The notes below the pieces were generated by a model that saw only the letters and a list, made by a program, of their open reading frames with translations, did not search any database and had not been told where the DNA came from. Below are positions 47,067 through 61,364 of a stretch of DNA of 64,000 nucleotides, in pieces; within the stretch, counting starts at the first letter, position 1, and each line of letters opens with the position of its first letter. Position numbers and translations under genes: made by a program. The DNA comes from Octopus vulgaris (Eukaryota): positions 50,716,001 through 50,780,000 of the forward strand of contig OX597815.1 of assembly GCA_951406725.2 (NCBI GenBank), read 5' to 3'.

Positions 47067-50000
47067 TAATTTTTACATAATACATTAATATAATTGCAAT
47101 ATGATTGTACGACTTGTTTTAACTGCTATAAAAGCTTTTTGTTTTGTTTGAGTGTGTATGAGAAGATGTTATAGGGACATTATTACTGTTTGATTAAACC
47201 ACATAATTGTATATTTTGATAACCATAAAATAACCATAATGATATTTAAATAGTAATAATTATTTAACTCATTTTGTTTATGTTATTGAAAATTACTACA
47301 CTGCTAATTCTTTTGTTTCTTTGTTTTTTTCTTCTTCCTATGTTCTTTTAATAGTATCAATTTGTTTAAAATTTGTTGATTATAGTTATAAAAAAAAGTT
47401 TATTGGCTTTTCATGTTTGTCATTTATTTTATAGAAATATATGTTTTGAGAAAAGAAACTTCTCGGGACTTTTTGAGAAAATAGAACTTATCGTGTGATA
47501 TCAGTCAGCTATGCATCTCATGTTTCCAAATATATCATTGAAAACTAGCTTCTCTTTTAATTCAGCCAGATAATCTATCCATTCTGTCCTGTGTTTGTAG
47601 ATTTGGGGTGTAAATTAATCAACTATTGTTTCATAAAATCCGCTTTCATTTATTTATTTCTTACTCTTTGCCAAAAGTCATATAAGAAAGGAAAAGTAGA
47701 GAGTAATGATTTTCAATTTCTTTTCCTTTTTGCTGGCATGTTAAAAGGATGTCTGAAAGAGAGAGGTGGGAGCTGGCAGTGATAGACGCATGAGATGGAA
47801 TATCAGAACTTTTGGAAGCTTTCTTTTTTTCTATAAAATTCAAACCAAATTATCCTATCCAACTGACAGAGCTCTTTCACATAGAAAGAGAAAAGAGAAA
47901 TAATGCTGTATTATAAAAGCACTCAAAAAATATCATTAAACATTTTACATATGATCAGAACATATACATTTGAAATATTAGGTTTTCTGGAGGGTTTTTT
48001 GTTGTTTTTTCAATATTTTCCTTTTCCATCTTATATGGCATAACTTACATAACATGCTTTGTTTTTGTCCATAACTCAGAACATGACAGAATGTTGTGTG
48101 TGTTTCACAAAGGCAAAAATTATAGATTTCTTAAAGTTTACCTACAATGTTTTATTCCTCATTGAGCAGTTTAGGTGAAATATAGTTAAGGATGAAGGTT
48201 GTAACTGCGAACAGATTTCTTGTTTTAATTACTTAAGTACCTCACAGTACCTTGGTGTGAGAGAAAAAATTTGAATAGAATACACAAGCTTTTATTTTCA
48301 ATTTTGTTTATACCATTAGACATACTGTTATTAGATTTTTCTAAATTTCTGAAAAAATGTCACCTGATACATACATGCATATATTAATTCATAAATACAT
48401 ATTATATATGCATATATACACATATGTGTATGGATGTATAATACAAGATACTATTCATGTTTTGTCACAGAATTTTTTGAAAGAGTACTGTTGATTGAAT
48501 TAGCCGGTAGTTAGTTTTTAGCCGGTATTTGTTCACTTTGTCTTGGAAGCATAAAAGGTCAGTGTTAACCCTACTGGAGTTTGAACTCAGAATATAACAC
48601 ACCACCTCAATTCTGCCATCCACTGACTTTTTATTAATATATAATACTGATACAAGCAAATGTGCCTTATAAAAATGGCCCCCTTAAATATCTGCATTCT
48701 GCCGTATTGTATGAGTGTGAAATCAAGTTTATTTCATATATCTATTGCTCTCACTCTCTCTCCCTGCCTCTCCCTCCCCCTTCATTAACTCAATTCCTTA
48801 GTTATTTGTAAATAAGAAACCCACTAGTAATTAGCTTCTTTATATTTGTCATCTTTAATAAGCCAACAACCTTATTACTTGCACCATTTCAATCTTCTTT
48901 TGTCTGGCAGGCTTCTCTATATTCATTACTAAAATTATTAGCATTTGTGATAAGGATAAGGCCATGAGTAATATTTTTTTAATAATCTCTAAAAATTCTA
49001 CTTCAAAATACTTTTTAAAAAAAGTTCTTCTCTTTCTTTATTCATATTTATTATTTATTGTTAATTGCAGAGATTAAATTACTGTTTACTTAAGAAAAGC
49101 TCTCTTTTTGTTCTTTTTGCTTTCTTTTATTTAAAAAATACTGTAATTCATTTTTCTTATTTTTGTTGCTTGTATGTTGATAAATTTGTTGATTCTGCCT
49201 GTTTCATTCATATTTTGCTTAATATAAGCTTTCTCATATATTTCTAGAGTACAATATATAAATATTATATGAAAAATTGGAAATTCTTCAAAAAGATTTA
49301 CAACTTCTCTATGTATTCATGATTCTCTTTCTTTTTTTTTTTTTAATTTTAACTCTAGATTATCAAAGCGGTTTCTATAGAATAGCTTTATATTCTATAA
49401 TATAAGAAAAAAGTTACTTATCACAGCAGTAGTCATAATGTTATGGAAAGCAAAAAGAAAAACAAAGTTTATTATTAGATGAACAAATGTTTTAGTAGAT
49501 AATAAATATAGAGACAGTTTGTGTGTGCGTGTGTGTGTGTGTCTGTGTCCAAGTTATATTTTTCAACAAAATCAGTTATTTTGTTGTGATGGAAAAAATC
49601 TACTAGCTTTATCGTGTAATGGTATGGTGATAATAATCAACATAGTCTATGTCTATCTCTGTTACTAATTTAGTTGGGAGACTGGTTTAATAAAATTTGC
49701 AGCTTTCTTTGCTGTATATTGATATGATGTTCCTAAAGGAGAAAAATTCTTATCCTTCCATTTTGTTTTTATTTACCTTATTTTACATATCAGATTCTTT
49801 TAGCATTGACAGAAATATTCTCATGTTTAGTTGGTACCTAATGTACCTAGCAACTTATACTCTATATTAGTTAACTGAAACAAATTGATTTAAGTATCTT
49901 GTTTATGGTCACAAATACATGCTTGTAAAAGGATATGAACACTCTTAATTAAGCTCAGTTGGCTGTCTTTGAGGCTGTTTGAAAATTAGACAAATATTAA

Positions 50001-50899
50001 TCATTTTTAGTATAAACTCTTGAGTTTGACTTAGTTTCCTTGTCATTATTATTCTCCTTTTCTCTATATATTTCTTTTAATATTTATATAAAATAATAGC
50101 TATGGTACATACAATAGCTTTCCTTCTCTTCTTTTTATGCCAGTCCCTATTGTGTATTACTCCCCTCTCTCTCCACCGACTCTATTATATGAAATTCATC
50201 TTTCTCTCAATCATGTCCTCCCTCTACTTTCTTCTTGCTCTCTTTTTCTTCTCAGACAATTAACTACATAAGTTCAAGCTGAGTATATTCCACACTGATC
50301 CCACTTGTCCTGGGTAACCCACAAAAACTATGTACACTCACCTTCTCATCTGATTAATTAATTCTTTAAAATATATTTAAGAAAAAAGCTTCACCAAAAT
50401 ATTCCTGTGATATGGTTGTTTACCAAATAAAGTTCTTTAATTCATTAGGTTGTGACATAATCATGCTGAGATATAAATAATGCTACACTTTAAAGGTTTC
50501 CAGGGATCTGCTGCATTTAAATGTTGTCATTTTTCAACTAATTAGAATATTTGAAACCTCAGAACCAAGTCAGCTTTTATATTTTATGAATTACTTTTTG
50601 TTTCATGCCTGGTAAACGTACCCAGTTCTCTCATTGTTTTATGGTTATTATTGTTATGGTTATTAATATTAAGAGCACAATATAATTGACTAGCCCCCAC
50701 CTGCAAAATTTCAGGTCTTGTATTTATTGTAAACAGGATAATTTTATTGTTGTAATCATTTATGAATTATTTAACTTCCATAATGTTTCAGCCAAAGCAA
50801 CTAACTAGGACAACAAACACTCTTGAGTATTATTCCACTTCTGATTAAGCTTGATTTTCTAATATCAACACAAGTATAAAGAAACTATCAATTCTATTG

Positions 50900-51013
50900 A
50901 ATCTACTGGTACTTATTTTATCAACCCTGAAAGGATGAAAACTGACTCAAAACTAAGAACCAAAAAATGATGAACTAAATGCAACAAGGCTCAACTGCTT
51001 TTGCTAACCAACC
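50900..51013 (-). mobile_element. SINE core fragment (family of 57443-57652)
   Basis: CTGGTACTTATTTTATCAACCCTGAAAGGATGAAA is the reverse complement of the family core. Confidence 0.65.
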
Positions 51014-51889
51014 ACTCTTACTTAAAATATAAAAATTATCACTACGAGTAGAACTATTCAGACTGTGTCTCTCCAGTAGGTTCATTATGCAATTCATATC
51101 TCTAGACCATAGTTTTTTGAACTTCAAATTATTTTCTAGCTGGAAACTAATCAGTCAATCAATATAATGCTTAATATATTGTTGAAAAATATGTTTATTA
51201 TTTACACTTAAAACATTACTCTTTTAACTGTATAATTTATGAGTGAAAGCAAGTGAGAACGTGTGCTGTTCATGGTATCCTCTTCTCATTGGTGATGTAA
51301 ATGATGTTCATTGGTGATGTAAATGATGTTCACATCATGTGACTACAGCTGGGGAGTGAAACTATTTAAGGAAATATGGGTTGCCCTGGAGCTTATTTCT
51401 ACAATACTTATCTGAAAGATATCTTGTGTCTGGTAGAAGAGTCCCATATATATAGAGAGGGAGAGAATGGAGAGAATTCAAATTGTTGTGATAGTTTTGT
51501 GAAAGCAATTAAGAATCATTAAGTGAAGAGAAATGGCAGCAATCAGAATCGAAACCATGCTTGCAGGCTTGGCTCACTCAAAGCTCACCTCTGCTCCATA
51601 GCATAGTTGGCATTCACTGGATAGGTAACGATGTCTAACACACGAGCACTAACTTGTTTATTGATAGTTCCTTTGCATTTTTACTCAGCAGTTGACCGAA
51701 ATGTAATGCTTTGGTATTTTCAATGTTATTGGTTTGTATATTATGAGGGAGAAAGGGTGGGCTCAGTTTCTATCCATGTATGGCAGTATATCTATAAAGC
51801 CTCTTTTAACAGATAAACTTTAGTATCAATAATATTGTAGCAGTATATTTTGTGTTTCTTCTCTTTAATACACACACAAACAAACACAT

Positions 51890-52216
51890 GGTTTCTAATT
51901 TTGGTACAAAGCCTGCAAGTTCGGGGGAGGGGGCTAGCTTATTGTAAAGACAGATAAAATCCCAGTGCAATAACGTTTCTGCTAGCTTACCACTTTTTTT
52001 GCTCTGTAAACATATTCTTTTCTAGTCTAGGCAAAAGGCCCGTAATTTTTGGGGAGGGGGCCAGTCGATTAGATCGACCTCACTACGCAAGTGGTACTTA
52101 ATTCATCAACTTTGAAAGGCTGAAAGGCAAAGTCAACCTCCATGGAATTTGAACTCAGAGCATAAAGACAGATGAAATACTGCTAAGCATTTTGCCTTGA
52201 ATGCTAACTTTTCTGT
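51890..52216 (-). mobile_element. Two adjacent SINE copies (deleted 51890-51993; near complete 52015-52216), family of 57443-57652
   Basis: TGAAAGGCAAAGTCAACCTC...GAATTTGAACTCAGA...GAAATACTGCTAAGCATTTTGC is colinear with the reverse complement of 57470-57575. Confidence 0.8.
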
Positions 52217-52888
52217 TAGATTAGCTCAAATGTGTGTGTGTGTGTGTGCATGTGCATGTGTTTGTGCATGTATGTGTGCATGTGTGTGTAAAGAGAGAGA
52301 GAGACATAGAGAGAGAGAGAGAGAGAGGTCCTACAGAAATAATTTACAATAGAAACATAACATATGCTAACGGTAGTTCTTTTTCTGAACAGATCCTTCC
52401 TAAATGTTCTAATTTTTTAAGATAATTTTTCTTAATTTGCCATGTTGTTATTGTGCAGGATAGAAGGCTTAATTTGATGTTTTCAAATGAGTGATAGTCA
52501 AGTGTTTTGAGGAATGCCAGGCTATATTTTCAGAGAGGAATATGAATATTGGCCACAATAAAAGTATGAGTGATGTGTTTCTCAGAGTTTAAATACTCTT
52601 CCTTTAAGTGGTTTAATTCAGTGTATCATCAGTATATAGTGTGTTTCTTCTTCTGTGTAATTGTAAAATAAGTACTTGTAATATACTTGTGTCAGGGTCA
52701 TTGATATGCTAAGGAAGTATATATCAACATATTTTAAGACAGTTGGATAATGTGCTGAACATTTGCCATCTCATGATGTTTTCATAAAATGGAGAGAGTG
52801 AATGAATATCACAACACTTCATTCCTTTCCTCTTTATATTTAAGGCTGTACAATATCAATACAAGTAACATTGTATAAAGAAGTAATA

Positions 52889-53080
52889 TTATTTAGCTCC
52901 AGCTAGAACTGTGATCAAAAGTAAGTCTAGCTGTGACCATCTTGTCTTTCCTCTTCTTTTAGACAGTATATCTAGGACTACATTATCTATAGTGCCCATC
53001 CTTTTCTGAGATGTTATAGTCTGATTAGAGGGAGATGTAGCTGTTATTTCTTGCAGGTTAAGCATCTGCATTCATTGTCA
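52889..53080. mobile_element. Dispersed ~200-bp repeat copy (family of 46893, 56345 and 58166)
   Basis: AGCTGTGACC and GCTGTTATTTCTTGCA motifs are shared with 58222 and 58340. Confidence 0.55.
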
Positions 53081-53312
53081 GTAGAGAAACATTATTGTTA
53101 AAAGTAAAAGTACTGGTGCAACTGGAGAACAATAGATGGAATTAAGTTTCTGAAAGACAACTCTGCAACTTGGTTTCAAAACCTGATAAGAACTATTTCA
53201 CTTCACTTATGTGTCCAATGTCAACAGGTAAAGGCTCCAATATCACAATATCAAAAGTCATTCCACAGAAAACCGTGTCTTTGTGTTTAGGAAGTGTCTT
53301 GGTGACTGTAGG

Positions 53313-53815
53313 TATGAAAACTGATCAAGAAGTATCAGGACTGTTGCTAGGTTTACAGAGCTAAAGTACACAGAGTGAAGCCTCTTGGCACAGATTGGCC
53401 TTAAACTGTCACACCTGCACACTAAGTTATAACATTCTTGCTCACTTCCACTTGGAAGTAAAGTGTGAATGGTGTGGTCATTTCACTACATCTCAGAGAT
53501 TCCGTCAGTGCCCATGGCAGAGAAAATGTGTGTGTGGAAAATGACACAGCTTGAAGGCTATTTACAGCCAAGAATTTTTCCAAAAATCAAATTTTACTTG
53601 AAAGGGAAAAGATTTCAAAACATCAAAGAAATCCAAGAGAATGCAATGAGGCATCTGCATGCTATCCCAAAGAAGGAGTTCCAAGAATGCTTCCATCAAT
53701 GGAAACAACACTAGATAAAGTGTATGACTTCAAGGGAGATTAAATGCTGAATTGATTTGTGTTGTAGTTTTCTTTTTATAGCACCTGTCCCAATATTTTT
53801 TGTTCAGACCTTATA
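53313..53815 (+). mobile_element. Internally deleted mariner element (~500 bp) retaining the transposase C-terminus
   Basis: FPKIKFYLKGKRFQNIKEIQENAMRHLHAIPKKEFQECFHQWKQH*IKC is a typical mariner C-terminus with a Trp-to-stop change. Decayed 35-bp inverted termini at 53313-53347 and 53781-53815 match at 24/35 positions by eye. Confidence 0.85.
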
Positions 53816-55814
53816 AACTTAAGCAACATCTGCAATCTGATTTATAGTTTACTTGTTTTAGTTCCCTTATCTTTCTGAGAAATGCATGAAGCTCTCAACT
53901 TCTTTACTTAAATTAGTAAAAGTTATTAGTTTTACCCTTTGTAGAATAGGATTTGCTGTGACCTGTACTAGTTACATTATGATACCTTGATTGCTATTTA
54001 GAGTTTGCTATCTCTCAACAGTTGGAAGGCAAAAATGTCATTATGGGCTTTATAAGTTGGCACTACTAGTAGAACACCAGACTAGATATTTCACAGAGTT
54101 TAGTTTCGTTCATCAATTCTTGTGTTCATTTTATACCATCTAAATTGACTTTGTCTTTCATTTGAGAACTGTAAAATAAATACTAGTAAATAAATAAACT
54201 GTATTTACTTTATTGCCCTTACTCATTCCTGTTGCAGAGTTGGTAAATTCCCAGTAAAGTCCTAATTTGGAGTCCAAGTTGAACATGTTTTATCTATGCT
54301 GTTAACAATTTTATGAAAGAAAGGCTGAAACACATCTCACTATAAGCCTGATATGGTTCATCCTCTAACTAAAAAGTTATTAATGATGAGGCAGGCTAAA
54401 AGGGCAGTGATAAACATTTAGCAACTGGAAACTATAATCCAAATGTTTCACTTTAACTCACACAAACATTGGCGAAAATATAACCATTTCCAGTTACTCT
54501 GAAACTGCATACTTTGTCATTCAAATTAAACTGTAATATTTTGGTGTATGAGAGAATCCCATGTTATGGTCAGGTTTGCCATTGGAATTCATTGCTGTTC
54601 TCTTCAATTGTACTAGATTCCAGTATTTATATCTTTCCCTATAAATCATGTTATCTTCATTGAGTTTTGGAATGGTAAACGTTTCCTTCATTTCAATAAG
54701 CTTGCTTACCATTCATTTGTTTTATGCCTTCATGTTAGTCTGCAAATAACATATTAGAAATAACTACTACTCAGATCCTGAGTTGTCATTGACTTGTCTT
54801 GTCCTATGAATGGTCTAAATGAAACAATTACAACTTTGCGAACATGAGTCATAGCTGAATCAAAACTCAGGGAATTCACAGTATTAGCTATCTTATTCTC
54901 TGACCACCATCTAAATTGCTTTTTGATAGCTAATTTCTTCTTCTTGGCAGTTATATCACTTTTGCCCCTCTAGTTCGTAAATATTATTCCTTTTTTCCTT
55001 CCATTTTTTTTATATTTTGTTTTAATTAAAGATTGGCAACTAGAGAAAATACAGTTCAAGTTTGTAGGATCATTGTCCTCTTGTTTATATATTTCTAGAA
55101 ACAATTTTATAAATCACTAAATATGATTATTTTTTTTCAGTCACCTTTTGAACTTTCAGTTTACTGAAGTACTCAAATGAATACAAACTGGTTGTCACCA
55201 ATCATACTTAAATCTCCATTTCCTTTCAATCAAGTTGCTGTGTATCAATCAATTTGGCCCAATGCAACCGTCACAAGCATTTCTCTCAGATGCAATATTT
55301 GTTGTCTTCAAACGTGCACTGAGTATAGTTTTATTGCATTAAATCAATGAAATATCATATACCTATCAATCTCATGGTCGTTCGTATTGAAATAAATAAG
55401 TAATTAAATGGATTCATCCAATTCCCAGATTAATTTTTACTGGCTTCTTCTCTATAGAACAGTTTTTTTTCCATCTTTATTTTTTTCATCATCACAGCCA
55501 GATCCATTTAACTTATTATTTTTAAAACATTACTAGTTTAAAGGATAATTAAAAGCATCTGAATTAATTTATATTTTATTATGTTGTATCTAAATATTTT
55601 TCTAGTTAGGTGCGGTTTTTTTTTAACCAATGCTAAAATCTTTATACTGAAAGAATATTTCAATCATGAAATCATCATCAGTATTTATTTATTCATTTAT
55701 ACTTTAACAGCTTTTTATCTTTTTAAAGCAGGTTTTTGAGTGATGTCATTAGTTGATTGATAGTCAATTTTTAGTTATCAAATACCAAATCATTCAATTG
55801 AATATTTCCTAGCA

Positions 55815-55945
55815 TTGGATTGTCAGTTCTATTGTACTTGCAGTAATTTATTATGTCTGTCCTTCTACATTCTGAGTTCAGATTTCCCTCTAGTTGACTT
55901 TGCTTTTTATCCTTCTGGAGGTAAAATTACAAAATAAGTACTAAT
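55815..55945 (+). mobile_element. Degenerate SINE (family of 57443-57652)
   Basis: CATTCTGAGTTCAGATT...GTTGACTTTGCTTTTTATCCTT...AAATAAGTAC. Confidence 0.65.
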
Positions 55946-56344
55946 GAGATTCTGCTGCCAGCTGTATTTTAGCTGTATGCTAAAGATAGAAATCATTAAT
56001 TTTGTGGCATATTTCTTCTTTTTAAAAAAACAATAAAAGGTGTACCTAAAAATTGAATTCTAGAAGCTTGAAAGGACTTTTACTCACAGTGCTACTGAAA
56101 TACTTTGGATTGTTGGAATTATAACATCCTAGAATATCCTAGTATCTTTAAGTAGTCAGTAAAACATCTAAATGTTTTACTGGTATACATACAAGCTGGA
56201 TTTGATACATTTATCTGTCTAATATTTATTATTAAGGGTATATGAAATAATAAAAGCATCATGATTAATCTAGTAGTCCAAAAAACTTATTTAAAGAACC
56301 TCTTGCTCAGAAGTTTTCACTATTTCAAGATTTAAATGTCAAAA

Positions 56345-56545
56345 TGAGGAAGCTCCTATGCAATTTGATCTGCTATAAATAGCAGCAGCCAAACTCCCCA
56401 AATCACACCTCACCATCTTAAAAAAAGGACATATTGGCTAATGTAGTCTGGGATACATAATTTCTGAAAAAGGGTGGGATGCTCAAGGCTAGAATGCTTT
56501 TCGTGGTAGCACCACTCAGTCAGGGTCATCTTGGAACTTAACAAC
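56345..56545. mobile_element. Dispersed ~200-bp repeat copy (same orientation as 46893)
   Basis: Colinear motifs with 46893-47066 and the reverse complement of 52889-53080. Confidence 0.55.
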
Positions 56546-57442
56546 ATCAATAGATAAAAACAGAATGGTATCATACATTGTTATTAGAATTCTTTGTTGT
56601 AAAATATCTTCATATATAGATTGTAACTTAATTACCATTAATAAAAATGCTTAAAGAAAATGCTGCTACATATTTTTATATAACAAAAAGCTTTAGAGTT
56701 TCATTCAGTCATTCATTGTATGCCTCACTCTTTATGTAATCTCTGTGGCCAAGATAATTCATAATTCCAGATTATATTAATTTTGTATCTCATTTTATTT
56801 TACTTTTTGTCTGCATGATGTCTTGTTTCTTTTCGGGTCTGTACATAACACGCACACACACACACGCATTAAATTATTAGTGAAAATATATTAGCTTATA
56901 CATACTGCCACCATCATTGTCATCATTGGCAGAACTCCTTTTGTTATCTTGATGGTTTTTCTCCATGTTTTCTAACCCATTCAAATGAATAGCCATCTAT
57001 ATCATTAAAGTTGGTACTTTATTCATTTGTCAGTGCCAAATTTTGTAAGATAATCTAAAAATTATGTTCTGATTTTACTTCAACTATTATCAAAGTCGGG
57101 CTCTTTCATATATTTGTATACCTCTTTATGTATTCACTTTGGACAATTTCATAGCTACTTAAAAAAGGTACACATCCATTCACATACATGCATGTAAGCA
57201 CACATACATTTGTACAAACATACATGCATGCATACAAACATTCATAATGCATATATATATATGTGCAATGGCTGTCCACTCATTGAACAAGTATGCCCAC
57301 CACTGATGATTAGAAAATATGTTGTCAGCAATTCCAGTGTACAATTGAAGTTACAACCACAAAGGCTCCCATTACCAAAATCAAGGGACCCAATGACAGG
57401 ATGAAGCAAAATATAATCTGGGCAATAAAAGCAGGTTTTTAA

Positions 57443-57652
57443 GGCAGTGGGCTGGCTGAATTTTTAGCACGCCAAGCAAAATGCTTAGTGATATTTCGTC
57501 CGTCTTTACATTCTGAGTTCAAATTCTGCCTAGGTTGGCTTTGCCTTTCATCCTACTGGGATCGATAAATAAGTACCAGATGAACATTGGGATTGATGTA
57601 ATCAACTTCCCTTGAAACAGCTAGCCTTGTGCCGAAATTTGAAATCAATATT
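57443..57652 (+). mobile_element. Full-length tRNA-derived SINE, best-preserved copy of the most abundant family here
   Basis: Box-A-like head GGCTGGCTGAA, box B GAGTTCAAATTC, core TTTGCCTTTCATCC...GATAAATAAGTACC and tail GCCTTGTGCCGAAATTTGAAA; at least eight related copies in the window. Confidence 0.85.
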
Positions 57653-58165
57653 AACAGGCTTTATAACTAAAATGTCTTCTAGAGACATAATATGATTAAA
57701 GTTTGGGTTGCTTGACTCCCAATGGTTTTATAGCACTTTAGACAACCAGCCTAGAAATTCTAATACCTGACACTACGGTTAGTCTTTAACTTTACATTGG
57801 ATTCATGTAACCTTTTAGCAGGATTGTTTTCACTCTGCTGTGGTTTTAGCAACCTTTTTTACCAGGTTAACTCGGTGAGATTGCCAGTTTAGTCATTGTT
57901 GACCGAACCATGCAGCATGAACTGGATTGCATGTTACCAGTAGAACTCACAAAGGAACCTGATATATATGCATGTATGTCTGCGTACACACCAGTACATA
58001 CACATATACATGCCTGCATACACTTACACATGCACTAACATACTATCATAAAGATAGCACTATGGCCCTGGTGTGGGCTTTTACATCAAGCCAAGAGTGG
58101 AAATAGCAAGGGAAGGATTGAAAAATCACTGAAGTAAAGGATTCCTCATTGTCTTGAAACAATGT

Positions 58166-58375
58166 TACTTGTTGAATCCCAGGTCAGCTCTGATTGAGAA
58201 GTCCTATAATGAAACCCTTCCAGCTGTGACCTTCCATGTATTTTGTATATCAGGAAATACACTCGTAACATATTCTTCCATTTTGAAAGTTGTAGAGTGT
58301 AATTTGATCTGATTTTGGCTGCCTCTTCTTATATGTTAGTTGCTATTTCTAGCATATTAAAGCACTGTTTTAAAA
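58166..58375. mobile_element. Dispersed ~200-bp repeat copy (same orientation as 52889)
   Basis: CCCAGGTCAGCTCTGATTGAG...CCAGCTGTGACC...GCTATTTCTAGCA. Confidence 0.55.
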
Positions 58376-59204
58376 GTTTTTGCCCAATGTGCTGTATTGT
58401 GTGATTGAGTCTGGAATCACCTGGTAGAGAAACAAATGTTCATATATATATGTGTGTGTGTATACACACACATACACACACACACATTAAACTAAGCATT
58501 TGTGTGTATGTATTTTTTGCATTTATCTCCCTATCTTGTCTATATTGCAAAAGACTGTTCACCTTAGCATCTTTTTATTTCATTGCCATATTGAATGACA
58601 TGCTTGATATATGCACCAATGTTTGTTATGCTGTCAGAATCAATTTGGTGTCAGCAGCAGTAAATACATCTAAAGCATATCTCCTCTTATGAACCCTAAT
58701 TACATATCTATTCCTATTTATACTCTCTGATTATGACTCCTAGGTGACAGAATTTAAAATTCATAACATAATCTGGCCTACCCAAATAATTCACAAGAAT
58801 GGTCTGAGTGTTGTTTGTCAGCATGCCAGGATTATTACTACACCATTTATATAGCAATTGTTTGCATTACTTTTAGAGTATTAAATTTCAACAACTCCTT
58901 TTCTCAATAGCAAATAAAGTCACCTTTACTGTTTTGAAGGGCTTGCCTAAGGCATTAGCAATTTACATTTCTCAAACAGTTTCCAAACCAGACAGCATTT
59001 TTATTTCAAACTGTCTTTGAGTCTGATAAAACAAATGCAGTCATGTTTATTTAACAATTGCCAGATACATAGAAGAACATAGTTCTAAAATACTTTTAAA
59101 AAATTATTTAGATAATAGAAGCATTTAAATTATATTTCATGGATATGTTTATATTCATATACATATGTACATATCCATATAAAAAAAGAAAATAAGCAAA
59201 GACC

Positions 59205-59440
59205 CTTCCCAAGTTGTAGGCTCATATATCTGGTTTCCCAGATTTTGTGGCATATATTTTACCCTCTGGATGGAACACAGTCCATCAAAGGATTACTCAA
59301 TTTTGCCAGCTGAGTAGACTGGAGTAACATGAAATGAAGTGTTTTGCTCAAGAACACAATGCATCACCTGGTCCAGGAATCAAAACTACAATCTTACAGT
59401 CATGAGTACAACATGTTAAACAATAGGCCAAGCACCTCCA
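59205..59440 (-). mobile_element. tRNA-derived SINE (family of 30360-30560)
   Basis: On the - strand: GGAGGTGCTTGGCCTATTG head, GTTTTGATTCC box-B-like, core GTGTTCTTGAGCAAAACACTT...CTCAGCTGGCAAAA, and tail shared with 40900-40980. Confidence 0.8.
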
Positions 59441-61301
59441 CAAATATCCATGTTATGTATTTGTATATACATATGCAATAGTGCATATAAGAATGTGTAA
59501 CACTAGCACAGGATCACACATTTACTAAAGGAGTATATTATCAGTATATGGCTAGTATTTATTTTACTAATTTTGGAGGGATGAAAACATAAGATGACCT
59601 GTTCTGTCCCTTTATGATGATATGTCACAATTTCAACTCAAAATGTAAAGTCGAACACTTTTTTGTCATCTTACCATCCAGTTCTTGAAACCATTTACAT
59701 AGTAACCAGCTTCTCCTTTTTCACTGCCTTTAGATGCTAGCATGTTTTGATTGTTGAGTGTGTGTGTACTTACATATATACACATTTTTGTTTAAGAAAA
59801 CAGTTTGGTTTAGTTTTATTGTATAGTTTATAATCTCGAAATCTTTATCCCTTACATTTTCTCTCTTTGACGCATTTGGCAACTTCTTCTACTCTTGTTT
59901 CCTGTTATTTTATCCAATAATTTATTTACGTGTAACACATAAGTGTTTCCTTTATTTTCTCACACATTCCTCTCCTCCCTGATTTTGGGGGCTTTCTTTG
60001 TTACCTCAACACCATATCTGGTGGTGCTGGGATTTGCTTCTTCACTCTAAATTACCTTCCTTGTCAGAGGTTTCCTGTAAATAGTTACTTAAGCAAAACT
60101 ATAAAGCTTTACTTTTGCTATTTTGTTTGATTTATTCTAAAGAGTATATTATAAATCTTAAAATTAATAGATGCAGTGAGTTCCTTAACACAGTTTATTA
60201 AGTGTACAATGTAATTTATGAAATGAAATTGAGAAAATGTCTATGATGTAACAATAGAATAACTGTACCAATTGAAATACATTTGTATACCTTTTCATTT
60301 ATCTTTTCAGATCTGCCTTATAACTTATGAGATTAGCTCAAAATAAGCAGTATATTTCTTGTTATTTGATGTTATTTAATGTTTGGTCAAAATTTAGGTA
60401 AAGAGTTTAATGAAATCTTTAATCTATTTTATTTCATACAGCTCATATATTAAGATTATTTGTTCCATAAATGACCAATTAAAAAGAGTTGTAGGTTACT
60501 TTTGTAGATGTATTATGGTAAAAATAATTTTTTTAAAAACTATTGTTTTACTTAGTACTACAAATTTATGAATGCAACGATGAAATTTGACTTTAAAAAA
60601 AAACTTTTTTGCTTAGATTAAATAAAATTTTCCCGACAAATTCTATTTGATTCAGAAAAAACCTCAAAGTATAGCAACCAGTTAGAATTAATATGTTAGA
60701 TTAATTAATAGATTAATTGATAAGTTAGATTAATATGGTTTAGATATTAATCTAAACCATATTAGGTTAGATACATTTTCCATCATCATTTTGCTTAGAG
60801 TAACTGTCTTCATATTTTGGAAAGTTTGTTTAAATACATATTTCGTTAAGGAAACAAAGGTGACACATTCTTATGGAAACTGTTTATCTCAATATACATA
60901 CATACATACACACACACATACTATTGCTTTTGTTTTCTGTTTTGTTCTTTTTTAAGTTATTTCCTAAATTATTCAACTTTTATCTTCCAGTTTTTGTTAA
61001 GTTCAATTAAAGTAATAAATTTCGTTTATTTATATGCAAACTATTTATAAGATTTTATTGAAATATTTAATCTAATAAATATTTAGTTGTCATTTCATGT
61101 TTTTTTACCCTTGTCATATATCATTATTATAATATCTATGAACATGTGCTCTTATTCAAGTAGAATTCTTTAGATTTCACATTAGTAGTGGTTAATGAAT
61201 AACTGTTTATCTCTTTTGTCCTCATACCAATTATAAACTTTCACCAGAAGATATTCTTTTTTCTCTTTTTTCAAAATTCCACATATGTCATTTATGTTTA
61301 T

Positions 61302-61364
<63 letters not shown>

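Noticed and set aside
51287-51332. TGATG-rich segment as a box C/D snoRNA
   Set aside because: Explained by a 22-bp tandem duplication; no box C/box D pair with a terminal stem.
57300-57330. CTGATGA...GAAA motif
   Set aside because: Only 3 nt between the boxes and no stems I-III; a chance match.
60295-60350. Strong acceptor TTTTCAG as exon 2 (also 55140 and 49070)
   Set aside because: The phase-0 frame closes within a few codons or runs into low-complexity sequence with no donor.
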